In this document: piece after piece, positions 63,110 to 64,000 of the stretch | How positions within the stretch are numbered: the first letter of the stretch is position 1 | Layout of the letters: each line of letters starts with the position of its first letter | Assembly: GCA_918797485.1 (NCBI GenBank) | Contig: CAKKNE010000001.1 | Coordinates: 2,790,001-2,854,000, forward strand | DNA length: 64,000 nt | Reading direction: 5' to 3' | DNA from: Pelagomonas calceolata | Lineage: Eukaryota | Notes under the pieces: model-generated | Databases searched by the model: none | Told to the model about the DNA's origin: nothing | What the model saw: only the letters and a program-made list of their open reading frames with translations | Made by a program: the position numbers and the translations under genes

Positions 63110-63920
63110 GATTTTGGCTGCGGGGTCCCACAGTGTCCCTTTGTTCGCCCCAAGACCGGGATGGGGGGAAAGGGTCACTCTCGCGGCGAGACGCGGTGCC
63201 AATCGGGGCCTAACGTCCGGTATTTAGCTTAACTTGCGGGTATTTGGCGTGGGGCACATGAAGGGCCGGGAACCCGCCCCTAAAATCGGCTCTGGCGCAG
63301 CCGCATTCCGATGGATACGGACGCAGTTCGAGAGCAAGAGGGATCAGACCCTTATGGATCCCTCCGCAGAGTCTGGAGAAGCGTGCGTTGCTGGAACGGT
63401 TACAGGGCAACTCGCACCTGAAACCCCCTTCGATGAGGCTTATTGCCACCGTGCGGGCCACCGCAGTGTCGGAAATCATCGACTATAACCCCGCGCCGGT
63501 CCCCGGGCCCGTGGTTTCTCGCAGGAGCGCCCTCGAAGCTCTCAGTTCGTCCCGCGTCGACCTCGACGCGGCCGCCGCGGTGCGATTATTGCCAGCGTTT
63601 TGAGCGGGCGAAGTCGTCCGCGGGGCTCGGGGCATACCCACCGTACTGTCCGCACGGTTTTTTGTGCAGGGGCGTGCCCACATCGCGTATCGCACATCAT
63701 GTGGTGGGAGAGCGATTTGGCGCACCGCGAAATGTTGTGCTGCCGCGCTTTTTCTTGGCGCACCACATCGGCCGACCCCTTGGGCGGTCAGTAATAGCTT
63801 GGGGCTGCCTACGGGCGCATTTTGGCTGCACACACGAGGCCAAAAAAGTTTCGCGTTTAATCGAGTTTCACGGGTTTTTGCCGTTTTTGGCGCGCCGCTG
63901 CGCCCTAGTCCCGATCCCCG
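63110..63920 (+). repeat. Modular dispersed repeat, copy 3 (modules A, B, D)
   Basis: 63110-63198 matches 54302-54390; 63209-63248 resembles module B; 63477-63920 is the inverse of 45830-46270. Confidence 0.8.
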
Positions 63921-64000
63921 TAGACCCCATCGCCCCTATGGATCCGTGAAGGACCCCCCATCCGCGGGAAGGCTCTGAAAAAACCCGGGCTCCCGGCCCC

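Overview
Eukaryotic, gene-dense window (coding GC roughly 50% by eye, short 43-60 bp introns, frequent GC-AG donors). The splice usage and introner structure resemble pelagophyte stramenopiles (Aureococcus/Pelagomonas type); this assignment is an inference. Recognisable genes: TTLL6/13-like tubulin polyglutamylase, CaMKK-like kinase, coatomer beta' (COPB2), 3-ketoacyl-CoA synthase, CFAP58-like coiled-coil protein, an ARM-repeat protein, an IQ-motif protein, MOK/LF4 kinase, AMPK gamma subunit and eIF4G. The centre (14.8-38.4 kb) holds two giant, tail-to-tail paralogous multi-C2-domain genes (about 3,300 and 3,800 aa predicted). The strongest signal is a family of eight short intron-generating DNA transposons (introners) inside those two genes. 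They have CTGTGTRGAAATCAA-type terminal inverted repeats (donor-side end lost in one copy) and 8-bp target-site duplications. The TIR supplies the AG acceptor and the TSD supplies a GT/GC donor, and removing each one joins adjacent ORFs in frame. Intergenic DNA carries a modular dispersed repeat family, an LTR/DIRS-like element head present twice, recurrent CCGTGAC and GGTACC palindromic motifs, and an orphan PIP5K fragment.
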